A stretch of DNA of 33,488 bases from Reclinomonas americana ATCC 50394 (Eukaryota). The DNA lies in contig AFZH01020499.1 of assembly GCA_048213135.1 (NCBI GenBank), positions 1-33,488 on the forward strand, given 5' to 3'. The translations under genes and the position numbers were made by a program. Under the pieces are notes generated by a model. That model had not been told where the DNA came from, searched no databases, and saw only the letters and a list, made by a program, of their open reading frames with translations. Shown here in pieces: positions 23,121 to 33,488 of this stretch; positions within the stretch are counted from its first letter, which is position 1; each line of letters starts with the position of its first letter.

Positions 23121-25826
23121 ATGAGTCTCTCCTCATACTCATCCATCTCCGACAGCAGCAGTGGCACACAATCAACCACCGTCTCCTCCATTCCCGCCAA
23201 CGCCATGGGCGCCAGTGCATACTCAGGTTTCCCTTCCTCTTCTCATCCTCCATTGTTTTTCGCGCGCGCTCTCACTCTCTGTGTTTCCCGCGCGCGCGCA
23301 AGACGCCACTGTGAACCTCTCCGATGCCACAGCACCTCCGCGTCACTCTTTCCTCTCAGGCGACTCGCCTCCATCGTACGCGCCTCTGGTCAATCCACTC
23401 ACCGGGCAAGTCATCAGTCCACTGACTGCGACCTCGGCCTCGTTCTCCACTCCTCCTCGGCCTTCCTCTCAACACCACCACCACCACCACCAGCAAAGAC
23501 CTTCAATGGACTCCACGAGTGATCACATGCTGAGCGAGGACGATGATGATGATGATGACGGCGAAGAGCAACAGCCTCCTGCGCAACTCGAGTACTCGAT
23601 TGACACATTGTCGCGAGTTGCGTCTCTTTCTTGTGTTGGTGAGTGGAATTATGTGTTAATGGGTGGATGTGGAGCAGGTGATCCCGGAGGAGTTCTCGTT
23701 TGATCAGCAGACGGCGCGGGAACAGCTGTTTTTGTTGCAGGAGAGGCGCATGGCGAGCTTGGAGGATATGGTGAGGGATCCGTCCAAGCTGGTGACGCCG
23801 CCGGAGGGGATGAGGGGGGAGAGAGTGGTGGTGAGTGGGGGAAGGGGGAGAAGGGGAAGGGGGAGGGGAAGGGGGAAAGGGAGTGGAGCTGCTGAAAGAC
23901 TGAGAGATAGATGCTCTGGGGGGTGAGTGCAGCAGCAGCAGAGGAGAAGGGGAGCAGCAGCAGAGCAGACAGGGAGGCTGTGTTGGATGAGGGGCGGAGG
24001 AATGACTGAGGAGAGGAAAGACTCTTGGGGAACAAAGAGAGACTCTTGAAGTCACGAGTGCAGCATAGGGGGACAGCGCCCAGTAAGGTTGCCATCGTGT
24101 TGACTTCACGCTGCCGCACAGCTATGGCGCGACTCAGATGCCGGTGCCTCGTCCAACGGCGAGGATCGAAGCGGCAGTGCTGGACGATCGGTGTCGCGGC
24201 AACGCGATGGCAGTGATTCAGGATCGGTGTGTGGCTGCCGATTGTTGTTTACTGTCGGCGACGACTGCAGTGCTGACGAGTATTTGTGTGCGTGCAGTTG
24301 TCATCGCGGAGCACTCTAGAGGCTGGCGTGCAGACAGACATTTCCGTGTCGCCGGTGGTGAGTCTGTCATTGTGAAACTCCACTGTTCCGCCGGCTGCTC
24401 TGACAATGTGCTCATTGCTGCAGGCGGTTGCTCCGCTGCCTCCCGCCGTCGGCTCTCCCTCTATGGCGTTCACACCGCCGGCCGATAATAGTCGTGCGCC
24501 GCCGTTCTCCGACCTGCCTAACTTGTCGCCCATTCGAAGGTGGGATGCGACTCTTGCATCGTGAATCGAGTGTGTCGCTGATCGTCTCTTGTTTATCGCC
24601 CGGGCAGCGACGGAAGCTCGCCAATTGTGCGTGTACGAACACCGATCTCATCCCCGTGGAATCGCCTGCCGCCTCGTAGTCCCGCACGATGTTGCGTACA
24701 AGAAGCAGTTGTGATGGCACTGCGCCGGCTCTTACGATGCATCTTCGTCACAGCTGCTTCTGTCTCGAAACAACTGCGGTTCCAGCTTCCCGACGATCAC
24801 TCACATACACCACGTTGCGTCCCCGCACCTCCCCACACTCTCCCCTCTGTGTGTGACCTGACTCGTGCGTGACTTGCAGCATCTCCAAATACGCCCTCGC
24901 CCGGACCAGCACTGGAGTACGGCGGCATGGACGATCGGTCACCTCCAAAGCCGTCGCTGAGCCCCGTGGGCGACCCTTTCGGTCTCTCGTCCATGCGTCA
25001 AGTGCAGCAACCGCAGCCGCCGCCGCCGTCACAGTCGCTCTCTGCTTCTGCTGCTCGTCAGTCCACCCTGTGTTCGTGGGACGTATCGTCTTTGCAGTCA
25101 ATGTCGGTGTCACACGTTCCGCAACCTGGTGTGGACTCGACTTCCATGCATCAGTCGCCTCCGCCACTGCCACCGCGACAGCAACAGCCGGCGCCCCCCG
25201 TACGCCAAACACAACCACCGCCACCGCATCATCATCATCATCATCATCACCAGCGTCGATCGAGTCGTGCCCCACCACCCGAAGCCGCGCATCTGTACCG
25301 CTCATTGTCGTCAGCAATGTCGGACGACTACACGGAGGAGCACTATGACGAGGTGATCATGCCTCTTCCCCTTTTCCTTCCCCTTCCCCCACCCCCTTCC
25401 CCCATGTCGCTCATCTGTCTCATGCAGGCCTCTCCCGCTCGAACCGGCTGGCCTCAATTCTCGGTCGATTCGTCGTCGTATGGCACGGCGGATTGGAGTC
25501 GTCGGTCGTCAACATCGGCCAACGGGACGTTCAACAATGGCGTTGCGCTGCAGTATGCCGCCTCTCCACAGAAGGCACATGCAGTGCCGCAGTCGGATTA
25601 CAGCTGGCACGAGCAGCAGCAGCGAAGGCACATGGCGGCGTTGGTGGCCGCGCAGCGCAAGGCTGAAGCTGCCATGGTGGCCCATCGCCGTCGGTTACTG
25701 CAAGCCGCCGAGGCTGCAGAGATTGCCAACGACCGCGATGCACTGACGCAACGGACGCCGCTCAGTCCGGCCGGGTACGCTTTCCTGCGCGACCGCTTGG
25801 TGAACAGTTTGAGGGGCAACTCATGA
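23121..25826 (+). CDS. Ser/Pro/His-rich low-complexity protein of unknown function; exons 23121-23226, 23303-23616, 23678-23770, 24122-24226, 24298-24357, 24424-24539, 24608-24690, 24754-24813, 24880-25826 (probably one more in-frame intron after 25352)
   Basis: Eight consecutive GT-AG junctions keep one open frame into the 24927..25826 ORF. No recognisable domain. An upstream exon is possible. Confidence 0.6.
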
Positions 25827-25932
25827 ATATAGTCGACAAATAATGATGGGGCTGGATAACAGCTGCAGAGTACACTTGAGATTGAGCAAAGGGGCGTGGG
25901 AGGGTCGGCGGCAGGCCACCGTGTGCACTCTC

Positions 25933-27658
25933 TTATTCGTGGTCGGCGGTCGAAACGCAGCCGGGTGAGGTCTGAATCATGCGCTTGCAGCACGACCACT
26001 GTGCATGAGAGATGGTGAGTAGGCGACAGCACAAGAGCGCACTGGAAGCAAGGAATACGACGCACTCGCTGCAGGGGAGGGAGTGAGTTGCAACGACAAA
26101 TGCATGAGAATGCAGTTTGGAAAAAAACGCAACATACTGCAGTCGGCATCCAACGAGACGGAACGCAAGAGGGGAAAGGGAAGTGAGTTAATGACCGAGG
26201 AACGCGGGCAAGCAACAGACGCACATTCTGCGATGAGGGCGAGCGATGAGTGGAAAGCGCAGATAAGGAAAGGATGAATGCAAGCGTGCACGATACCTTC
26301 CATTCGCCCGTGTGTCGCACGCACGCTGGATTGGAACGTTCCTGGCCACAGCGCGAGCACTACACGTCGCACACGCATCGCGATGTCAGCATGATACACC
26401 ATGTGTGCGAGATGGCCAGCGAGCGACAAACCGTGCCCGTCGCCGCGCTGCCTCCTGCTGCTGCCGACGATGCTGCAGATGATGACGAGGACGATGTTGC
26501 CACAGCGGTCACGGTCGGGGGTGCCACTGGCGGGAATGGCTGGTGCGGAGTCAAGAGGGGGGCGGGACTCACGGCCGGTCGTCCCTGATGTGCACACAAA
26601 CAAGCGCAGAATGTCAACCGCATGTGGAAAAGGAAAACAGTCGCACTAGTCTCTTTTGGCACACTCACCAACAACAGTCTCTCCAGCTGATCGGCGGCGC
26701 CGGTCGGCGGCTCAGCCACCTTTTCGGGGTTGAGAGTGACGGTCAATTGGCTGTCGTCGAGAGTGAGGATCATCGGAGCCTGCAGCACTCCATGAGCGAC
26801 CCATGAGTGCACGATGTTGACGATGGCAGACGCAACTTCGGCCTCCAAATCAGGCTGCACGCAGATCGGTCGGTCGCCAAGTCGGCCCTGGAATCGCGGC
26901 ACCGACAGCACGCGGCAAATGCTGTGGGATAGTCAGCACTAGGTCTGGGTTGCCCTCTTTCTCCTCACTCCACGCAACTCGGCGACGACGCGATGCACAG
27001 TCGGATACAAAATGTCGCCGAGGTGAGGCACGAGAGAGGCCGGCGACAGTGTGGCAAATGACACCGTGTCGACGACCAGCTGGCCACCAATGCCGGCCGC
27101 CTGCATCTCTTGCCGTGCACGCACCAGACTGGACACGTGAGCGGCCAGCGACGGACGCGCCAGCACCAAATGCTCCTTGTCGCCCTGAATCAGCTGGCTG
27201 GCCGGTCCGCGACCAATGTCGTCGCGCAGACTGTTAATGGCGTCGGCCTGCATGATGGAGAGGAATGAGTGGAGAGGCGGGGGGAGGTGAGAAAAGGGCA
27301 AGTGGGCGCACCCATTGTTGCGATTCGGCGGCGGTTCGACCTGCGGGGAACAAGAGAGCGCGGGTTGGTGAAAGAGGGGGGGAGGAGAGGGGACACACAC
27401 ACACACCATGCACGTAGTAGGTGCGATCGCCAGTGACCAGGTGCAGCACAAAGGCGCACCCCGGCAGAGTGTCGGACACCTGCGGTCCGTCGACTTGCAC
27501 GAGGTCGGTGACTGGGATGCTTCGGCGGGGTTTCGACTGGGGAGAGATGGGGAAGGGTTGGATGAGTGAAGGGGAAAGAAGGGAGAGGAGGAGGAGGAGG
27601 AGGAGAAGGAGGAGGAGGAGGAAAGGAGGAGGAGGAGGAGAAGAAGAAGAAGAAGAAG

Positions 27659-27693
<35 letters not shown>

Positions 27694-28312
27694 GGAGGAG
27701 GAGGAGGAGGAGGAGAGAGAGAGGAGGAGGAGAGGAGGAGGAGGAGGAGTAAGATGATGATGAAGAAGAATAAGGAGAAGAAGAAGAAGAAGAAGAAAAG
27801 AAGAAGAGGAAGAAGCAGACAAAGAGTGCAAGGAGGAGAAGAGAAACAACACTGAGAGGGAGAAGGAGGAGGGGAACGGGGAGAAGCAGTGGACATCAAA
27901 GACAGAGGGCGGACAAGGGCAGCATCTGAGGACTCAACATCCGACTCGCTCTTGAAGTACGACAGATGCGTCGCAGTCAGCACAAAGAAGCGCTCTTTCC
28001 ACGAGTGAACCACGCGACCTGTGTGAGCGAGAGGGAGAGTGAGAAGAAATAAGGGAGAAATGCAATAATTAGTCACTGTGAGTGAGTGAGTGAGTGAGTG
28101 AGTGAGTGGGTGCGTGTGTGAGGGAAGTGAGAGCGTGGCCGAGTGAGTGAGGGAAGGGAGACGAGGAGTGAGTTTGTGTGCGTGAGTGAATGAGCGAGTG
28201 AATGTGAGTGTGAATCACTTATTGAAGCACTGTGTTCCATACCTCGTTTGGTGAGGTTTCCACTCTTGATGGGCTCTTGTTTGCCCTTGAGCGCGCTTCC
28301 CTGTGAGCCCAT
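25933..28312 (-). CDS. PH-domain protein with possible N-myristoylation and a C-terminal Btk/CHORD-like zinc finger; exons 28312-28243, 28018-27939, 27536-27407, 27340-27312, 27247-26979, 26921-26669, 26584-26432, 26359-26297, 26227-26225, 26136-26134, 26068-26066, 25998-25933
   Basis: The N-terminus is MGSQGS (MGxxxS). PH signature IKSGNLTKRG|RVVHSWKERFFVL...LSYFKSESD|SKPRRSIPV...RTYYVHG|RTAAESQQW|ADAI. The C-terminus reads CSRC...CVRHTGEWK|N|Y|R|WSCCKRMIQTSPGCVSTADHE*. Confidence 0.85.
27537..27938. repeat. Intron filled with triplet microsatellites (AGG)n, (AAG)n, (AAC)n
   Basis: Directly visible, e.g. the (caa)n run at 27661-27693. It lies between PH exons 2 and 3. Confidence 0.9.
28076..28215. 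repeat. (GTGA)n tetranucleotide repeat in PH-gene intron 1
   Basis: gtgagtgagtga... run at 28078-28108, with degenerate copies to about 28215. Confidence 0.85.
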
Positions 28313-28904
28313 TCCTTCGACTCGTTGCCTTTTCGGTCCTTTTCCGCACAACAAAAAACACAAGACAATGCATTGGTCCCACAATCCTTTTAGTATTTAT
28401 GCAGCACTGATGCTGCGCAACCGCCCACCAGCAAGTCCTCTGGTGAGAAGAAAAGAAGAAGAAGAAAAAATAGGAAAAAACATGCAGCTGCCCATCGTCG
28501 ACGTCGTCGACGTCGACGAAACAAAACACTTCATTCACCACATTCCAAGAATGTGACAAACGCCCACAAATCCCTTGCCGACAATGACCAAGGCACAAAC
28601 TACCATTTTCTTCTCCAAACAGTCATCTTCCCTTTCAGGAGGCAAAGCCAAGCAATCAAGTGCTGCAGCTGGCTGGTGAATACAAATAAAATGCATGTTG
28701 TGTGTCCTTCGTTTAAAAGTTGCCGACTCACATTCAGTGGCGTTCCTACAAGGGATGTACGAGTAAACTCTCGTAATGCCTGTCCTCCATGTGCGCGCGC
28801 TGCGCTCAAATGACGTCGACGTCGCGATATCGATCGCGGCAATATCGACGTCTCGTCCACATGGCTGCATTCTCCCTTGACCCTTGACCCTTGACCCTTA
28901 AGCC

Positions 28905-30429
28905 ATGAATACTTCTTTTCCGCCGCCACGCGTGCGGAAGTTGCATTCTATGCAACTGATCGTGCTTGTGCGCAAACAGGGCCGCTGTCATCGCGAATGG
29001 CCGCTGTTGTACGCTACCGAAACGCTGCTTAACCAGGTTGGTTTGCGCACATGAGCAGTTTTGATTTGTTGTGGATTGTGATCGTGGTACGCAGTGCCAT
29101 CCGTCAACTGTGGACTGGTTTGGTCTGTATCGCAATCAGGTGAACGGGGATCGTTGCCATACACGTAGTTCTTGTATGATGATGGCATTCACATGACAAC
29201 TGCACGCAGTACGTTGTGCGCAACGGCCGCTTGCCGTTTATGGTCTTCGACATTGGCGGCGACACGACCAAGGGAGCGACCATTTTGCTACACAAGAAGG
29301 TGGTGCGCACGCACAAAATTCGCTCGGTCGTTGCTCAGGTACCAATTTGTGTTCGACGATCGTTCTTTGCTGCTTTTCTCCCTGGCTCTCTGAGATCTGT
29401 GGTGCGTTGAATCAATATAGGTTCCGGGCATCTTCGATCTGCACATGCGGCGGGGACCGTTTGACCGCAGTCTGGTTGGCGATGCTGCCCTTGAGATCCA
29501 CAGTGGGTATGCGACACCAGTGTCGATCAACGGTGCGCGCGTCATCACACATGATCAGTGCGCAAGCATGTTGATGTTGCTCATCGTTTAACGCAGCTCA
29601 AGTCAACATGGCGATCCTGCCGGAGCTGCTCGCTCACTTCTTGTTTGCTTCGTTGGTCCGAAAGCGCAGCGCTCGGCGCTCGACACTGCAGCCACTTATC
29701 TTCGCCGTGCCTGCTGTTGGCTGGTCGGCACACTTCCAGGCGGCTTTTGTCACACATATTCGTGCGATCACGAACCGTGCCATGATCCTCGTCCCCGCCC
29801 CTGTCTTGTCAACGATTCATATGGGCCTCACGGACTCTGTGGTATGCTCTGTCGGACATCACATGGCAACAGTTGCGTGTGTCGTCGACGGTGTCTTGGC
29901 CGGTCAGCCAAGAGCGGTGCGCGAGGCGGAGTGTGCAACTGCAAGGGAAATGGCGCAGGCGACTGCTCTGATTGTCTCCTCTGTCCCACCCTCTGTGAAG
30001 CATGTCGTGCTGACAGGTGGTCGCACGGCACCTGCCGAGTTCCGCACAGAATTCGAGCGTGAGCTATTCTCGTATGAGGGTTTGAGCTCGAGACTCAAGC
30101 TCGTGTGCCCGGAAGACCCGACACTAGATGTTGTTCTGGGCGGTGTGGGGATGTCGGAGAGTGTGCGCGCTTCTGGCGCTGCCAGCACTCACTATCGTCC
30201 CACCACTGGAGAGGTTTGGCTCAAGGAACCTGTCAACTCGCACTCTTTCTACGCCGCTGTGTTTAGGTTGCGTTTGGCAGTGGTGGTGGTGGTGGAGACT
30301 ATGCTGCTGCTGCTGCCAGTCATACTCATGGAATCGCTCAGGAGTTATTGGATGTACCACGAGTATGCGGAGCCAGAGGGCGAGCTTTCAGAGCGACAGC
30401 TGGCAAGCGTGGCCGCCAAGCTTCTCTAA
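28905..30429 (+). CDS. Highly divergent actin-related protein; exons about 28905-29036, 29095-29139, 29210-29338, 29421-29532, 29597-30266, 30342-30429 (5' end tentative)
   Basis: Actin-fold motifs appear in the correct order: MVFDIGGDTTKG (phosphate-1), LVGDAAL, MILVPAPVLSTIHMGLTDSVVCSVGHHMATVACVVDG (actin [37 protein letters not shown]), VVLTGG...FEREL, LKLVCPEDP..DVVLGG and YWMYHEYAE. Confidence 0.75.
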
Positions 30430-30855
30430 CACCAACTCCATTGTTGTTGAATGAATGTTTTGTGCTTTCCTTCGGTCTCCTGTCCTCTGACAGGCGCTCT
30501 TGAACCAGTACCGCAGCGTGAACTTCCGTTTGTGACCGACCGTACAATGCGACTGGCAGTCCGCTGGCGACGGTGACATCTAGTGCATGGTAATCATCAT
30601 GCAGCAGCTGTGTTGCCGTATTCAACCAACTTTTTCACCCTTGCATCCATGACCCTTGATCTCGGCCAATGGGGAGGTTCGAGCTGCTCAACAACCCCCG
30701 CTCTGCACTTCCTGCAAAAGGGGCTGTGGCTTCTCTCTTCCATCTCACAATGCAGCATGTTGAATGAGATTGGTGTCCAACTGTAAACCTTTTCTCCTTC
30801 ACGTTCATTTTTTCTTGATCCCGCCCGCACCATCAGCGGCTCTTCTGCGCTCCTC

Positions 30856-32919
30856 TCACTCGTTGTTGGTGTTGGGTGAGTATGTTGGGGAAGATGGGGA
30901 GTAGGCCGGACTACGAAGAGCAATTCGATGAGCGACACGAAGCGAGAAGGAAGGGGGAGAAGAGTGCGTGCAAACCTCGACGGTGAGTACGCCGGGCTCG
31001 ACGGGCTGTAGCGAGGTGACGATGGCGAGTAGGCTGGACTCGACGGACTGTAGCGCGGCGATGACGGCCTGTGGAGAAGAGTTAGTCGACTGCGATAAGC
31101 GACGCGCGAATGCAATTTGTGTGAGTGCACGCAACGAGTATTGCGGACTCGACGGCGAGTATTGCGGGCTGCAAGGGAAAAGAGGCGTGTTAGCAACAAC
31201 CGAACACATGCCGTTCTCAGATACGGAGAAGAAGTCACTGCAAGATGAAGAGAGACAAAGCCACCCGCCCCTCTATTTCCCTCCCCACGTACTCACCTCG
31301 ACGGCGAGTACTGTGGTGACGCCGGCGAGTACTGCGGCGACGCTGGCGAGTACTGCGGTGAGGCTGGCGAGTACTGCGGCGAGGCCGGTGAATACTGGGG
31401 CGACGCCGGCGAGTATTGCGGAGACGAGGGTCCGTGGACCGGCGACGCGGGGGAATACTGAGGCGAGGCCGGACTGCGACCAATCACCATCGTAAGAGTG
31501 TGAGAGAGGGTTGATTTGAACAGGGTAAAGCAGCGCTTCAAACCTGTACTGTGGACTGGCCGGCGAGTACCGCGGCGACGACGGCGAGTAGCGCGGTGAT
31601 GCGGCACCACCGCCAGAGTGATACGGCGAGTACGCAGGACTGCCTGGCATGTAGCCCGGCGACGACGGCGCACTGCACAGAGAGTGAGTTGAGTGGATTC
31701 ACGAAAAAACAACCAGAATCACAGTCACGCACTGATTCGGTGACGACATGTACGGGCTGGAGGCTCCGGCTCCGTAGGGGCTCTGTGGGGCCGGCGAGAA
31801 CATGGGAGCGTACGGCGAACCGGCGCCGGGCGTGAACATGACATTGTACGGCGTGCCGCCCGGCGTCTCGGAGCCAATGTACGGAGTCACACCGCCCGGC
31901 GAGCGACCCGGCGTGCCCGGCGACATGGGGTAGTCGTACACATTCGAGCCCGACTCGCGCAGCATCATCTCCTCCGGCGGCAGCTCACCCTCGATGGCGT
32001 GGCGCATCTTGTCGAGGTCGAGCAGCAATTCGAAGGCACCCGTGCCTGCACGACAACAAAAATGTCAATTACCATGTCCCCATTTTCGCCCATTCCTTCA
32101 TCCTCTGCACTCACCAATCGGAGCCGTCTTGCCCAGCATGACATTGGCCGACACACCCTTCAGCAAATCCACCTCGGCATACGCGGCGGCCTTCATGAGA
32201 ATTTCCACACTCTCCTCGAATGTGGCCTTCATGAGGGGGCCAACGTTGCGCCGGTTGATTCCGTGACGCGTAATGGGCATGTAGCGGCCGGAGCTGGTCA
32301 TCGTGTCGCACAGCACGGCCAAGTGGCGGTAGTTGACGTAGAGACCGTAGTTGCTGAGCACAGAGCGAATCTCATTCAGCAGCGAACGGCGCGCCGCCTC
32401 AATGCCCAGCACCGTAAACATTTGCACAATGTCGTTGCAAATGGTGCGCTTGTGATCCACCATGCGGTGGCTCATGACCTTGAGCATGTTGACGCCCTCC
32501 GTGTCCAGCACGAACTCCTTGTACTTTTGCTTGACGCCCTTGTCGTCAAACACCTCGCGGTCGGCCTTGCGCATAAACACCTTGCGAATGCCGTCAACGC
32601 CCTTGAGGTACAGGTTGTGGAGCAGGCGCGTTTCGATGCGCTTCAGCATCTTCAGAGTCGGGTCGCCCATCGAGCTCTCCATCTCATCCATGTCGGCACC
32701 GGCGCCCTTCTCCGCCGCACCCGTGTCGTTGATACGGATGCGGAGCACCTGATGGTCGTCGGCGCCCGGGTTCCTCGGGTACACAATGTTCAGCGCACTG
32801 CCCCATTCGTTGTTGATGCGCGTCGCCACCAAATCAATGTCCATGCCGCGGCCGTACAGCGTTTGGCCCTTGATGACCATGCGCAGCACCCATGGAGACA
32901 AGTTGGCCATTGATTCGTC
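30856..32919 (-). CDS. RPB1: RNA polymerase II largest subunit, 3' part including the CTD; exons 32919-32115, 32045-31733, 31672-31544, 31473-31297, 31168-31136, 31068-30976, 30910-30856
   Basis: Conserved motifs [57 protein letters not shown], followed by YSPxSPx heptads. Stop TGA at 30856. Confidence 0.97.
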
Positions 32920-33335
32920 CTGGGTGGGGGGAGGAGAGGGGTTGGGGAAAGGGAGAGTGAGAGGGGGAGGGTGGGGAAAGGGAGAAAGGGGGAAGGTGGA
33001 GGGCGGGGAAAGGGAGAGTGAGGGGGGGGAGGGTGGGAGAAGAGAGAGAGGGAATGAGGGAGAAAGAGAGAGGGAAAGAGGGAGAGAGAGAGCGAGAGAG
33101 AGGGAAAGGGAGAGTGAGGGAGAGAGAGAGAGAGTAAGGGCAGAGAGAGAGGGGTAGAGAAGTAGTGAAATGGAGAAAGAGGTCAGAGAGAGCGCAGAGA
33201 AGACGAAAAGCAGAGGAGAAAGGCACGAATGTGAGAATGGGGACGGGAGGACAGTGCATGCACGGAGGAGTGAAAGCAGAAAATATTGAGAGCACATGCA
33301 CACAGAGCAAGACTGACGAGAGAAAAACAGAGGAG

Positions 33336-33393
<58 letters not shown>

Positions 33394-33402
33394 AGAAGAA
33401 GA
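32920..33402. repeat. Purine-rich / (GA)n expanded intron of RPB1
   Basis: Long G/A tracts and a (GA)n run at about 33342-33390, upstream of the acceptor at 32920. Confidence 0.8.
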
Positions 33403-33488
33403 ACGGACGTACGGTAGTAGAGTCGACTAGCGACGACGGGAGGTAGGCGGACGAAGTACGACGTAGTACGTATAGTTACGAGACACTA

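Noticed and set aside
30856-31600. 21-bp periodic repeats resembling a CRISPR or minisatellite array
   Set aside because: They encode RPB1 CTD heptads, with no unique spacers and no cas genes.
1-33488. Alternative genetic code or stop-codon readthrough as the cause of fragmented ORFs
   Set aside because: Every break I examined is explained by GT-AG introns. TGA, TAG and TAA all serve as terminal stops (RPB1, AC-1 and the PH gene respectively).
33403-33488. Odd CG/TA-rich tail at the window end
   Set aside because: It follows a long (GA)n run and has no ORF or structure I can support. It may be low-quality sequence at a contig end.

Overview
Eukaryotic, GC-rich, intron-dense genomic DNA, probably from a protist (organism not identifiable from sequence). 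It uses the standard code and has short GT-AG introns of about 55-90 nt, a few of them expanded by microsatellites. Left to right: a tight tandem array of at least 3 intronless WD40 genes (-); an NSRP1/CCDC55-like gene (+); two large head-to-head paralogous multi-TM, TmcB-like/PAS/class III adenylyl cyclase genes (- and +); a low-complexity gene of unknown function (+); a PH-domain gene ending in a Btk/CHORD-like Zn finger (-); a very divergent actin-related gene (+); and the 3' part of RPB1 with an intron-split CTD (-). The most notable signals concern splicing. First, three consecutive single-codon (3-nt) microexons exactly restore the Btk-type Zn-finger spacing. Second, a recurrent donor class GTTGCG/GTTGAG looks like the usual GTGCGT/GTGAGT with one extra T. 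Third, four RPB1 CTD introns alternate between Ser2 and Ser5 codons. All gene models were built by hand with no transcript evidence.
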